Below, piece by piece: positions 1-13,419 of a DNA stretch of 64,000 bases. The DNA comes from Macrostomum hystrix (Eukaryota; Animalia; Platyhelminthes). Where the stretch lies: positions 7,812,001 to 7,876,000 of the forward strand of contig CATNEN010000029.1 of assembly GCA_950097015.1 (NCBI GenBank), read 5' to 3'. The position numbers and the translations under genes were made by a program. The notes under the pieces are model-generated. The model was given only the letters and a program-made list of their open reading frames with translations, made no database searches and was not told the DNA's origin. Position 1 is the first letter of the stretch, and each line of letters opens with the position of its first letter.

Positions 1-1069
1 GCGGGATTTTAGGTTGCACACAATACCGCTGTTCGTTGGCCACCCACAACTGGATCTCGGTAGATGGAGCGGATTGGAGTTTATTGATAGATTCCAAGCA
101 AAGACTTTAGTTGGCACAGAGGCACACAATAAAGGGTGGGATAAAGAAAACGGATGATAAAAGCCAAAAACTAGAAAACAATAAAAACAAAGGAAAAACA
201 CACTGTAGAAATCCTAGGAAAAATGCACTCTAGTCTCGGCCTTAGCGGGGCACTATTAATATATTGCGAGCAGGATACGGGTAGCAGGCGCATCACGTGG
301 TTTCTAAAAATAGCAACTGACGTCAGATAAATAAGGCAGCAGACCCTTAACCAAGGGGTCTGTTGCTAAAAAAGAAACTGACGTCAGGCATACGTAGAAC
401 ATACGTAGTAGAAACGTGGGATAAACAATCCTAAGACAGGCAGACTTGTTGCTAAAAATAAACATGAGTCATAATTACAAGTAAGCAAACCTCTAAGGAT
501 CACGTGAAGCAGGCACCCTAACAATTAACAGGTAGACAATGGAATCACACGTACAGGCATACGCAAACGAGCCCCTCCCCACCACGCAGGGTGAGAGAGA
601 GCCGCCGGCGCGGACCCAAGTGCAGAGGCAAGACCTATAAAAAGAGACAAAGACCGGGAGCGAACAATAGCATCCCCAGTCCGTGGGAACAGATTAAACA
701 GGTAGATTACGCCTAGGCTGCAAAAGTGACTAAGCTAAGTTGCAAACTAGCGACTCACTTCACTATTTTAGAAGTCCTTGGATGGTCGTTGAAGCATCTC
801 GGCCCCGGTGGATGCCAAACGGGGCTCGCAGGGAGCCCGCGTGTGTGGCTTTGAGGTTGCTGTTCAAATGCTGCCGTAGAGGCCGCAAAATTGCTCGCAA
901 CGTGGGCTGCTGTTGTCTTTGGCATCCCGATATCGGATATTGCTCCACTGACGATTTATCTATCTTGTAAAAAAGATACTAGAAGGTGTGCTAAGATGTT
1001 GCACTTGGCAGTCTAGTCTGGGATTTGTTCGGGTTCTAGGATGACACGGAATCTTCTCTTAGTGTCACA
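1..1069 (-). mobile_element. LTR-like regulatory segment, truncated by the window edge
   Basis: The minus strand starts TGTGACA (1069) and carries CRE palindromes TGACGTCA (~318, ~379), AP-1 TGAGTCA (~465), E-boxes CACGTG (~294, ~501), a TATA-like run (~260) and AATAAA (~79-84). No partner LTR or coding domain was seen. Confidence 0.3.
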
Positions 1070-1559
1070 CCATCATCAGATTATCATCCGACAGTTTCAG
1101 CTTCTTGCCTATCAGATTTTCCTGGAAAATTGCCTCAATTATATTTTAAATCCGCAAGCTGCACGAAAAACATAGCTGACAGGGCTCGGTAATCCAAGCA
1201 GTTCGAGAATTCGGACAGATCGGAGATAGAAAGAAGCCGATCCTAAGACGACATCCTTTCACGAAAGTCGAATCGGATGAATCTGAAAGCCTCATTTGCG
1301 ACTTTCCCTGGTATTTTTTGTCAAAGTTCCTCATAGTTGTATCGCGGCAAGGGCAGGGAAGTAGAATAATGCACTGAATGCTGACATAAATTATAATTGC
1401 ATAGCGCGCTGCAGGGGACACGCCTTTGCAAGACTGCGTGTGCAGCCGGCAGCGTATAGGCGAAGATTCCACACACAGTGCCAAGGTGTCAAAGCTAGCG
1501 TTCTAACTCTTTCCTGTATCTCTATCTCATCTCCAGCAACCCCCACGCAGTAGCCTCAT

Positions 1560-1862
1560 TGCCCTGCATCCCGTGAGCTCATATCAGCAAGCATATACAG
1601 CTCGCCAGGTAGAGGGCGTTGAGCAAGAGACGGGTATAGAGGAACTTGGCCGGGGAAGCGGAATTTCCCAAGCAGAAAGCGGGCAGAGAGTGCGGATTGG
1701 GGCTGTAGCAGTGGGAGGGATGCGAACCGCCCGAGCCAATGATGGGACAGATAAAAGTAGAGACTTGCAGCCTGCATTCTCGTCTGCTTTGTCTGCTTTA
1801 AAGCTGTTTCGACGAGCCACGAATTCCTTCAGCTTTGAAAAAGTATTGTCAGCGTCCTCCAG
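1560..1862 (+). other. Possible 5' non-coding exon of the GPCR gene
   Basis: Strong donor CAG|GTAAGT at 1863 and a pyrimidine-rich acceptor CTTCTCTCTCCCTAG near 2656, upstream of the GPCR ATG. There is no transcript evidence. Confidence 0.3.
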
Positions 1863-2771
1863 GTAAGTTGAAAACGTGCCACTGCTTTGAGCTGCTTTGT
1901 TTTGTCTACTCCTTAACAATGTATCTCTTAAGAAGCCGCCTTCTATTATCTATTTATTAACCGGCGTACTTTTCTGTTTCACAAGCCTGCATCAATGAAG
2001 CCTGCACAAGCTTGCGTATTTAAGTCTGCAGGCGAGCAGTAACTGACAAAAAACACAAAACAATGCAATGGGAACTCAAGGTCAAAACAAAATTTGTGAG
2101 CCTTTAATCCCAGGATTAAAGCGAAGGCTTGCCTGCGAGTTGAATCGCTCAGCAAATAAATCAGTGGAAATCAGCTATTTCAACTTCTCGGAAATGTGGG
2201 CTTGAAAGAAAAAAGAGAATTTCTGAAGGCCACCCGTCCATCTACCGAGGCATACTCACTTATTTACATTTGCAGCCGTGATATAATGATTACGGCTATT
2301 AATTAACTTCTGCTTCCCCTTCCCGTAGATTATATCTCCTTCGGGGCAAAGCAGTTGCAAGTGCGTGTGTGTGAGCTAGAGAGACACCAGTGAAAATATT
2401 AATTCATTTGAGCGCGGAAGCGAAAGTTAACGGCGGAACCCGGAGAGGAGGTTGGGACCTAACTGAACGGCAAGAGGGAATGAGAAAAAAGAGGAATTGT
2501 AAATGAGACTTTGGAGCGAGCGGCCTTCTTCGTCCAGCCGGGGCGAAAACAAAATCCCGGAAAGGGGAAGTGAAGGTGGCGTGGCCGTCACTCTTCTCAG
2601 GCCTGTCCACGAGGAAGGAACTCGCTGATTAATCTATTCTGCTTCTCTCTCCCTAGCCGGGTCTCGGGGTTAAAGCGCGGGAACTCAAGAACTCAAGAAC
2701 TCAAAAACTCTTCTTAGAAATCTTTTCCACCGCCTGATTGTTTTTATCCCACAGAGACTCGACCAGTTGCT

Positions 2772-4330
2772 ATGAACAACACTACACTGCAACAGCTGTT
2801 GCCCGAGCAGCAGTCCACACAGCCTTCACAGCAGTATCACCCAGTGTGGATGAAGCCAGTATTTCTAGTCTTCTATACTATAATCTGCGTACTAGGCACC
2901 CTGGGAAACTTGCTTGTAGTGTTTGTCGTCCTACGAAAGCGAAGTATGCAGACAATAACGAACATCCTCATCACCAACCTGGCCATATCCGATGTCATCA
3001 TGAGCACGGTAAATGTGCCACTGACTCCAGCGATCATGTTTATGAGGAACTGGACACTACCCGCGGCTATCTGCAAGCTGATGCCTATGACAATGGGTGT
3101 GTCTGTCTACGTGTCAACCCTAACGTCAACAGCTATCGCTGTGGACAGGTTTGTGCAGCGCAAATTTTTTACTTTCTATATAGCTCGTATATACTTATTT
3201 GCCAGTCTATTTGGAATACATTGCCTACTGAGTCTATTCGACCTATGGGTCCACGAGTGTACTCTAATTCATAATATTTTGAATTACGAGAATATGAACC
3301 AGAAAAAAACCCGACTCACATCCTCAGGTATCTGGTCATTGTCCATCCGTTTGTACCTCGCATGAAGCCGAGCCTGTGCCTGCTCCTCGTGCTGGTGATC
3401 TGGCTGGTGGCTGTGCTAATTAGCCTGCCAATTGCGGTATTTCAGAAGGTCAAAGCTTCTCCAGAAGCGGCAACTGAGAGCTGCGTGGAGGACTGGAAGC
3501 CTGAGCATCGGCCAGTGTTCACGGTGGTGAGCTTCGTCCTGCAGTTCCTACTGCCCTGCTGTGCCATCACTGTTTGTTACGCTCGTGTCAGCGCTAGCCT
3601 CAGTCACAGACGCCGCCGAAATAACGCCAGCTTTGCCTCCTCTGGTGGCAAATCGCAGGCCCGTGAGGCCCATGATGTCCGACGGAAGCGCCGCACCAAC
3701 CGCATGCTCATCGCCATGGTAGCAATCTTCGTCGTCTGTTGGATTCCGCTTAACGTGCTGTGGATGTTAAAGGACGTGAACCTGATAGTTGAGAGTGATT
3801 TCCACGTGCCGTTCTTTGCTTGTCACTTGCTGGCCATGAGCTCTGTCATGTACAATCCATTCCTTTACGGTTGGATGAACGCCAACTTCCAGGCAGAGTT
3901 CCGCGCCCTCCTACCCTGTCTATTTCCAAAGCGCTGTGGCAATGATGGTGGAATCGGCCGTGGAGGTGGTGACGGTGGTGGATGCGACGGTGGTGGCGTT
4001 GGGAGCAGTCGCCGCAGCGGCCGCGGTGGACATTTTACAGACGGTGACGTTAGGGGCCGTCGCGAAGATGACGGCCTAGAAAGTCAGCTGCTGTCACCAG
4101 CTGTCTCGACCTTCGAGCGCGTTGCTGCTCCAGCCGTTGCTGACAATGAAGTTTCAGTCGTTGTCGGTGCGAGCTCTGTAAACGTCGCTGCAATCAGTGC
4201 GAAACTTCCAGGAGATGAAGACGAATGCGACGTCGAGGAAGAATATTCTCATAGAGACGGCGCTGACATCCCTCTGCGCCCGCTGATAAGATCCGTGGAA
4301 CTAAAAACCTGTCAAATGTCTGGCATCTGA
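2772..4330 (+). CDS. Neuropeptide GPCR, rhodopsin class A, NPY/PrRP/short neuropeptide F receptor-like (~459 aa, 2 coding exons)
   Basis: Exons 2772-3148 and 3328-4330. The GT-AG intron 3149-3327 splits the DRY motif (DR|YLVIVHPF). Motifs seen: TM1 GTLGNLLV, TM2 NLAISD, TM6 RRKRRTNRMLIAMVAIFVVCWIPLNV, TM7 CHLLAMSSVMYNPFLYGWMNANF. The TM6/TM7 wording is typical of sNPF/PrRP-type receptors. Confidence 0.92.
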
Positions 4331-6569
4331 GACCATGGAAAATTCAACTACTCGTAGAAGGTCCTGGGACCAAGGTATTTCAGCGCACAATGGAGCACTG
4401 AATTCCGATCGAGGTGACCAATTGTTGACTGCTTAATCAATCTTTTGACCTGCGCCGGTTGCTGGATCTGTCTGAAGACCTATCGCTAATTTTGGTATAT
4501 TAAAAAAGTGTACAGAACCGCTTGTTGTCCTCTTCATAGCTAGTCTACCGTGAATTTCGGTCACATCTGCTGCATCACACAAGAAACTGACCTTTCTGAT
4601 TTTCCCAACGGACCGTGCTTCATCCTGCGTGTTTTTTTCGTCCTTTTTCTTTTGTGTTCATTTTCTCTGGTGAGCCAAGTGTCCAGCATTGTGTGTTGCT
4701 TATCGCCTGAGTGGATTGCAATCAGATTCCGACGCCGATAGCTGGGTGAAGGGAGTTACTTTCAGAGTTTTCTTATAAACACTGAGCGCGCTACGCCATT
4801 TCATATAAAAGTTGGCTCCCACTCTTCAAACTAAATAGCCTCATTGTAGCTGTATAATTTTTCACATCACACGTAAATCCATGAGCGAAATAAATAACAA
4901 AGATGGCAATCTGTTGTGATTTTTTTCTCTTCTTTCCCCTTCTTTCCGCACTAATTACAAAACGGTTGTTCATACTGTGACAATGATAAAAAGCGGAGCG
5001 ATGTTAATGTCTTAATTGAATTGAGACAGAATTGTTGTTGAAATTTGCTTGTAGAAATAAATGAAATTCGAGCTTTGGGGGTGGGGCAGAATTCATCGAA
5101 AGTCTGATACTTCCATGTCGCCATGCAGCCGCGTCTCAGCCCAGTCAAATTTTTAAACTTCTGCTCCAGATGCGACACATTTTGCATGCTATAATTATTC
5201 TGGTGATGTAGGTGCTGTTGTGGCGACGACGAATAATATCCGATAATTACTCTATGAAGTAAAACGATTAATAAAATGCGCGTCAAACAACAACAACAAC
5301 AGATTTACGAGTAGCAATATTTTATTATACTTTTTTGACGTTTATCGTTGTCACCGTATGAATAACCGTTCTGCTATTTGTACGGTCACCGTATGAATAA
5401 CAACTGCCGTATATTTTGATGGCTGCCCTAGTGAACCTGAATTCGTTAGTTTTTTTCGAAAAAATTTTAAAGCCACGATTTCTAAAAGTCGTTGAAGTTC
5501 TTGCGAAGTACTCTTCGCTCGCTATCTTAGCTCGAAAACAATTTCCCAAGTTCTAATGACTAATGTGAAGCCGGATGCTTCTTTCTAAATATTTGCACAG
5601 AAACCTCCACCAATCGTCGCTCCTATGGACTGAAAATATGTTCCGACTTGCCCCAGTGAGATTCCTGGTCAGACAGATGAGGGCTGGTGCCTCGAATGGC
5701 AGGTAGACAGGCGCACTTCATTCGGTTCATCTTCCCATAAGTAATTTCATTCCACTAAAATGCTGGCTCAGTCCGGTCAGCAGGTACCTGCCTGCATGGC
5801 CGCTTATGCAAACAGCCAAGAGCCCCATGGGAGAGAAGCAAGGGAAGGCCTTGGGCTGGGCGCTCTGTCGATAGACTCTCCAGACACGGCCTGGACATCG
5901 TCCGAGAGTGTTCGTAAACACTGGCCAGCAATTGGTTGCAACTTTAGCCGCTAGGCGAGTAGTGGAATGCCGTGGGAGCAGAAGTGAAATATCGTAAGAG
6001 GGAAGCCGGTAAATAAATACTATATTTTTTCTGTTCCCCTAACAGCAGCACGTGCTTCGCTTGGGAAGCCAGCTCCGCCCCATACCCTTATCCTCTGACT
6101 GTACCCGCAGACTCGGGCTGCATGAAGGAGAGTAGCTTATTGGGGATATGCGTAAATAATGAGACTTGTTTGAGATTGCTCCGCTGCAGATACAAGGCTT
6201 CAGTGTATGCATACGAGTACATAGTGTACCTACCCTATTGCTCATATAATTGCTTTTTCTGGGTGATTGTGTGAAAGCAGCCTGAAGCGAAAAGAGCTGT
6301 TGGTCTCTGAAGCAAGTAAATGTTTCAGACAGGTCTGGATGGAGCTGCATGGGCTATCAGTGTGAGCAACCCAGAGGTAAAATCACTTTGATTTAGAGCC
6401 CTAGAAGAGCTCCAGAGTATTTTCGTTTGGCGTAGATCATAATAATTATACGGCTCTGGTTTTTAGGTCAGCAAAGACAGCAAAGATTGGACCTTTGGAC
6501 CTTTTTTCAGGTGAAAAATTCTCTTTTTTGTCCACACCGAGCTAAGACTTACGTACTACAAAAAACGCT

Positions 6570-6960
6570 CACGGCTTTTTGATGCTGACGGGTGCGAGAC
6601 ACCTATACCGAGCCCGCCGTGAGTTCACCTATCTCGACGACGAGACTTCGCCAGAAGTACTGGGAAGCCTTTCGATGCATGCGGGAGGTGCACTCGAAGA
6701 CACGCGCTCAGCCGCCGCGGCCCCAGAAAGAGACGACCGACAGCCTGTACTAGCTCGCGGTACTGATGTCTGTCCAGCTGAGTCAGCCGCAACTTGGGCT
6801 GGCTGGGCACGTAATCCGGGCGGAAGTCAACTGCCCTGTCCTGCTGCTGACCGGACAGGAAAGGACAGCTCGCTACGTCGATCGAATTTCGAGAGGCACG
6901 CAAGCTCCCGACCGAGAATGTGGGCTGACGGCATTAGGGAGATTTCTATCAGCGTGCGAT
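6570..6960 (+). mobile_element. Degenerate RTE-clade non-LTR retrotransposon 3' fragment
   Basis: ETTDSLY*..LSQPQLGLAGHVIRAEVNCPVLLL...RYVDRI resembles the RT C-terminal RRL.LAGHV.R..RY.D motif of RTE elements. Stops and frameshifts are present. Confidence 0.5.
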
Positions 6961-7204
6961 CAAGTATTTGACGCATCACCCATTTTTAGGCTGCGTGAAT
7001 ATTACAAATTATGCCAATACCTATGCAGACTTACTAGTTTGTTTGAGCTACGGTGAGACCTTCATAGCTGAGACCTTCAACTCCAGCACGAGCTGCGCAT
7101 ATTGCGATTCTCTACAACGAATGTAGAACGTAGAACGCTGAACGCTGACCTGCACCCTCTCATTAAAGCTACACAAAATCGTAGAACGCTGAGCTACAAC
7201 AGAG

Positions 7205-7470
7205 CTTGGATTCCAGGGGTAAAAGCATCGGATTCCTGACCGAGAGTTCGAATCTCACTGGACACTTATTTTCCAAATCGCTTCAGTAACCTGGCTGTAA
7301 AATGGGTACCCACATTAGCTGCTGTAGGAATTTGGGTCCAGTTTGGGTACATTTACTTGCTTCAGAGACCAACAGTCCAGGCATTCCCAGTCCATGGACT
7401 GCACAGCTGTACACAACGTTTGGAAGCGCAGCGCAATTGCTGCAGCTGTGCCACTGGTTGTTCATCTGGC
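7205..7470 (+). mobile_element. SINE family A (tRNA-derived, CORE-like), degenerate copy
   Basis: B-box-like GTTCGAATC, core CTGGCTGTAAAATGGGTACC, and palindrome CAGTCCATGGACTG at 7388-7401. Confidence 0.65.
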
Positions 7471-8379
7471 CCAACTGATTTAGGTGTCATTTCGATCGAT
7501 CTATCTTTTCCCCATAACAGCATAGCTAGCATAGGTCTGAGTGACAAATGCGTTTTCTTTCCGACAATTCGATTGAGCTGCTTGCAACCTTTTTCACAGA
7601 CGCCATACTTATCCTCAAGCATGCCTTCAGTGTCTGTGTGATTAATGAGCTCTTGTAGGCCATCCTTCTTCAATTCCAGAGGCTTGAAGCGCTGGCCAGA
7701 GAGAGAAGTAACGCGGGAGGAGAGAAAGGGTGACGGGGGGCTAGCCACAGCGGATCAACAATATGTTTTCTCCCATTCCCCATGGGAACATGGGCTGGCC
7801 ATGCTGATGGGATTAATTCGGGCAGAGCTGTCCCCGCTTACCAGCCATCCCACGTAGCCCGAAGCAGACGTGCTTCGAATTCGCGATCAGCTTCCCGATG
7901 GAGCGCTGATCCGTTCGCATCATGCTGGGCCATTAGCTCGCCCATTATCGGTGTCCTTATGTTCACTAGCGGTCGACGTACTAGTATATTTCAATTCAGC
8001 TCTTAAACAGCTCTGCGGGAAAAGAAGTTTTTTATGGCTTCGACGAATTTAGAGCCAGCTAGAAAGTTTCACAGCCCCTCACAGAAAACTGAGTTCTTAA
8101 GTCTAATGCTGGGTTTGACCTAATATGGACCTTAAAGCTCATAACTTCGGTTGGAAGCTCAACGGCACTGGCCCCTTCCCACATCTACTCTACTCTGCCT
8201 ATCCTGCGGGAAGCACCCCCGCCACCACTGCGATACGCTGGTGGTGCTCTGAGATCTTATTTAACGCAGTTCAGCGGTAGTCCGAGAGTGCGCGATTCGT
8301 TGTTGAACACGAGAACGCCAACACGGATGTGCGCTGAAGGATATACTAGACCGGGTAGGCCCGGTATCTGTGAACACCC

Positions 8380-8730
8380 AGTTCGGAAAGTTCCCAAACG
8401 GCCCAGTCAGCTTTGCGTGAGGAGGCGGTGGAATGCCCAGGGGCAGAATGCCACTACTCAATACGGCCACGACCACGACAGCGCAACTTAATGACGTTCT
8501 GGTCCGCACTCGCGAGCGCCCCCCGCGTCATCAACTGCGTTACCATGGCACCTCTGGCCCTTTGTACGGTAGTACGTTGCCGTTGTGAAGAGCCGTGTAG
8601 TTTGGACAGCCATTTGGACTCTGATTGGGCGCAAGAAGCGTGTGGCGCTGAACCCGACCGGCGACGCCCCGAAGGACCACAGGAGGAAAGAAACAAGCGG
8701 ATTGATGAAAGAAACAAGCGGGGAGGGTAA
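8380..8730 (+). mobile_element. Possible highly degenerate Gypsy integrase C-terminal remnant
   Basis: Read across frameshifts: HYSIRPRPR / NDVLVRTR / GP / TVVR, followed by the purine tract AAGCGGGGAGGG near 8716-8728. No clear LTR follows. Confidence 0.3.
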
Positions 8731-9149
8731 TTTTAATTGAAGACTTACACGCCTGTAGAGTTTAATTAGCAGCCGTAAGGCTTCCACCAGGCGGAACTGC
8801 TGAAGCAAAGTTTTTGAATGTTTTTCCTGAAGTTTAGATAGAAGAAGCCAATTAGATTGGACGAAAATGGCTTTTTCTACTAGTAAAGTCCCACAACGAA
8901 AAAATCTAATATGGACAGGAAAGAGTTGTTAAGCCCTTTGTGCATGCAGCGATTTGCGCTTTGCTGACTGATCAATCGCACTTAATCGCGCTTCACAATC
9001 CCGATTTAAGAACACTTCTTTAACGACAGAAAATTTAACTGACATAGAGTTAATTGAAATTGCTTACTCAGCAGAGCAAATGTACGTATTACAGACAGGA
9101 ACTTTTATGACTACTTTTAAAATGGCTGTATCCGCCTCTTAAGAATTCT

Positions 9150-10208
9150 AGTCATCATTCTATCATACTCTCGAGATTCTGGTCATCGATCTATCTGACT
9201 CTCGAGATTCTGGTCATCGTTCTATCTGACTCTCGAGATTCTGGTCATCGATCTATCTGACTCTCGAGATTCTGGTCATCGATCTATCTTACTCTCGAGA
9301 TTCTGGTCATCGTTCCATCTTACTCTCGAGATTCTGGCCATCAATCTATCTTGCTCTTAAGATTCTGATCATCGATCTATCTTACTCTCGAGATTCTGGT
9401 CACCGTTCTATCTGACTCTCGAGATTCTGGTCACCGTTCTATCTGACTCTCGAGATTCTGGTCATCGTTTTATCTGACTCTCGAGATTCTGGACATCGTT
9501 CTATCTTACTCTCGAGATTTTGGTCATCGTTTTATCTGACTCTCGAGATTCTGGTCATCGTTCTATCTTACTCTCGAGATTCTGGTCACCGTTCTATCTG
9601 ACTCTCGAGATTCTGGTCACCGTTCTATCTGACTCTCGAGATTCTGGTCATCGTTCTATCTTACTCTCGAGATTCTGGTCACCGTTCTATCTGACTCTCG
9701 AGATTCTGGTCATCGTTCTATCTTACTCTCGAGATTCTGGTCACCGTTCTATCTTACTCTCGAGATTCTGGTCATCGTTCTATCTGACTCTCGAGATTCT
9801 GGTCACCGTTCTATCTTACTCTCGAGATTCTGGTCACCGTTCTATCTGACTCTCGAGATTCTGGTCACCGTTCTATCTGACTCTCGAGATTCTGGTCATC
9901 GTTCTATCTTACTCTCGAGATTCTGGTCACCGTTCTATCTGACTCTCGAGATTCTGGTCATCGTTCTATCTTACTCTCGAGATTCTGGTCACCGTTCTAT
10001 CTTACTCTCGAGATTCTGGTCACCGTTCTATCTTACTCTCGAGATTCTGGTCATCGTTCTATCTGACTCTCGAGATTCTGATCACCGTTCTATCTTACTC
10101 TCGAGATTCTGGTCACCGTTCTATCTGACTCTCGAGATTCTGATCACCGTTCTATCTTACTCTCGAGATTCTGGTCATCGTTCTATCTGACTCTCGAGAT
10201 TCTGGTCA
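9150..10208. repeat. 31-bp minisatellite, ~34 copies (CTCTCGAGATTCTGGTCA[C/T]CGTTCTATCT[G/T]A)
   Basis: Direct inspection; each unit carries CTCGAG. Confidence 0.97.
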
Positions 10209-11189
10209 TGATGCTCCTACTCTGCCTTTGTTATTTGTCCTTATTTCTTGCATTGCTATTTAAGTACAAGCAACAATAACTTTAAAGACGGAAATGTTAC
10301 TTATAGAATAGTTAGAGACAGTGTGAGTGGAATTAACGTCTATTTAGTCATTAAAAAAGCATTTTATAGAATCTAGATAGCGAATACAGTGATACAGTCG
10401 GTGTGGACGGAAATAGTTCATTGTAGCACTAACATTTATTAGATATTTTTCAGATCTAGTCAATTAGGCGTCTATCACAGAACCGCTGATCAAATGGCGT
10501 TGACTTAACTGACAGAGCGACATGCTAATTATTAGGTACTGTGAACAAAATTTAAGTGACGAGCTGGTGACCTGCACCCTCTCATAATTAGAGCTGCACA
10601 AAATCGAAAAATATTTGCTCAATATCGACAACCGCGATGACAGTATGGTGTTGTTTCTCTTCTCTGTAATTTCAATATTTCGATATTACTACTTTAACTA
10701 ATATAGTACGATAGCAGTGGCAAAAATAATCATATCATCAAATGTTCTCATTCTCTGCGCCCAGATGTCATAAATTATCTTTCTGACATTAAAAAGAGAA
10801 AAAATTAAATAAAATCACAGACCGTGCGGCAATATGGACAGCCTCACTAAACAGCGGTTTAAACATTTCTTTTTTTTAAAAAAATTCCTAAATGATCAAA
10901 TAGTCTAGTCGAGATCACAGCAGCTGCAAAAGAATATTTATTCGTTCAAAACGATGGTGACTTTTGTCACCTCGCCAATCGAAAGTAGGCTACTCGAAAA
11001 ATGACGCGGTAAGAGCTGTTTCTTAATAGAAACAGAAAAACAGAAGGCGTTTCCATCGCCAAACTTTTACAAGGACAGCAAAAATAGAAATAAGAAATTC
11101 TAAAGAGCAGAAGGAGGCTCAATTAAAAGGATTAGTACTTTAATTATTCTAATAAACTAAATGAGTAAGTAGGTTTCCAGCACTGAATT

Positions 11190-11400
11190 GGGTCGATGGA
11201 ATCAAATTGTGATTAGAACAGATTTTAAGTGTGAACATCGGGTGCCCCAGTCTGCAGCATAGATTTTAAGCTTAATAAAGACAGCATGTCTACAAGGAGA
11301 ATGAGATCAGACAGGCTGGACTGCTCAAAAGTCCTATGAAATGAAGCTTCAGAGAAATCAATCACAACGTACAAAATATTGAGATAGAAATTGAAAAAGA
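11190..11400 (+). mobile_element. Possible degenerate CR1/L2 LINE 3' fragment
   Basis: KLNKDSMSTRRMRSDRLDCSKVL resembles the L.L.SL..RR.R.DLI..YKIL motif near the end of the CR1 ORF2. Confidence 0.3.
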
Positions 11401-12169
11401 AAAAATAGAGTTCCAAATTCTCGGCCTGCCAGTGCCATGTCCGCACTATGCTACTAGTTTTATAGCTCAGTAGTCCTGATCGAATCTGCCACCGTTGGGA
11501 CTGTGCGAACGAGGCGTTGGCGACTTCAGAATCCCGGTCCGCGATGGGGATGCGTTGCTGTCAATGGGATTTCGGGGAGTTTGACAAAAACGATCAGGAT
11601 AATAATAAAATGGACAGAATGTACTATAGAAAATGGTCTCAAATTATCAATATTATCTCAATTTTCAATCGATCTCAATGATTTCTAAAAGGCGTGATAG
11701 CAATCAGTGATAGCGGGCAAAGAAAGTTGAGGCATAGCAAGAGAGTCTCATCAGCCTTATTTGCTCTATAGTTTCTTTCAGTTCGCAGTGAACAAATTTC
11801 GGCATTTTGCAAGTGTCACTAACGTAACTAACTTGTCTACTGATAGTAGCAAGGTGCGACACGAGGAATTTCGACTGAGAAGTAATAGTGAAGAGGTATG
11901 GAGAAAAATTAACATATTTTGTGTGAGACAATGCATTTATGTAGCGAGAAACCGCACAAGATACGCAAAGTGGATAAGCTACGAGCGAAAATAAGCTGGT
12001 GCAGCAGGTCCCGATACAATAAACCTATAATGTGCTTTGAAATTAAAAACCCTGATATGTGTGGAGTATCCGAGATGCCCTGAGAATGCAGGAAATTTAA
12101 ACAAACAGCAGGGAATGTGCTGATGCTGCCGGGGATGTACTTGTATGAATGTGCGAGAGATAAACTTAA

Positions 12170-13300
12170 ACTGCAGAGGATGTGCAGAGGATACTGCAGA
12201 GGATGTGCAGAGGACACTGCAGAGGATGTGCTGATACTGCCGGACATGAACTGATACTGCAGAAGATGTGCTGATACTGCAGAGGATGTGCTAATACTGC
12301 AGAGGATGTGCTGATACTGCAGAGGATGTGCTGATACTGCAGAGGATGTGCTGATACTGCAGAGGATGTGCTGATACTGCAGGGGATGTGCAGGGATGTG
12401 CTGATACTGCAGGGGATGTGCTGAGACTGCAGAGGATGTGCTGATACTGCAGGGGATGTGCTGAGACTGCAGGGGATGTGCTGATACTGCAGGGGATGTG
12501 CTGATACTGCAGAGGATGTGCTGAGACTGCAGAGGATGTGCTGATACTGCAGGGGATGTGCTGATACTGCAGGGGATGTGCTGATACTGCAGAGGATGTG
12601 CTGATACTGCAGGGGATGTGCTGATACTGCAGAGGATGTGCTGATACTGCAGGGGATGTGCTGATACTGCAGGGGATGTGCTGAGACTGCAGGGGATGTG
12701 CTGATACTGCAGAGGATGTACTGATACTGCAGGGGATGTACTGATACTGCAGGGGATGTGCTGATACTGCAGGGGATGTGCTGATACTGCAGGGGATGTG
12801 CTGATACTGTAGGGATGTACTGATACTGCAGGGGATGTGCTGAGACTGCAGGGGATGTGCTGAGACTGCAGGGGATGTGCTGATACTGCAGGGGATGTAC
12901 TGAGACTGCAGGGGATGTGCTGAGACTGCAGGGGATGTGCTGATACTGCAGGGGATGTGCTGATACAGCAGAGGATGTGCTGATACTGCAGAGGATGTGC
13001 TGATACTACAGGGGATGTGCTGATACTGCAGGGGATGTGCTGATACAGCAGAGGATGTGCTGATACTGCAGAGGATGTGCTGATACTACAGGGGATGTGC
13101 TGATACTGCAGGGGATGTGCTGATACTGCAGCGGATGTGCTGATACTGCAGGGGATGTGCTGATACTGCAGGGGATGTGCTGATACTGTCGGAGATGAAC
13201 TGATACTGCCGGAGATGAACTGATACTGCAGGGGATGTGCTGATACTGCAGGGGATGTGCTGATACTGCAGGGGATGTGCCGATACTGGCAGTGGATGTG
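12170..13300. repeat. 20-bp minisatellite, ~55 copies (CTGATACTGCAG[G/A]GGATGTG)
   Basis: Direct inspection. Confidence 0.97.
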
Positions 13301-13419
13301 CAGAGAATACTTTATGCAGAGACTGCATCTACAAACCTACTGGTTTTAAAACAGTGCTACGAGTACAAAAGGCAGTCCCCAAACCAAGCAGTGCATGATG
13401 TGATAGGAACAGATACACG

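Noticed and set aside
9150-10208. Tandem arrays as possible CRISPR arrays
   Set aside because: Units are head-to-tail with no unique spacers, there are no cas genes, and the context is eukaryotic.
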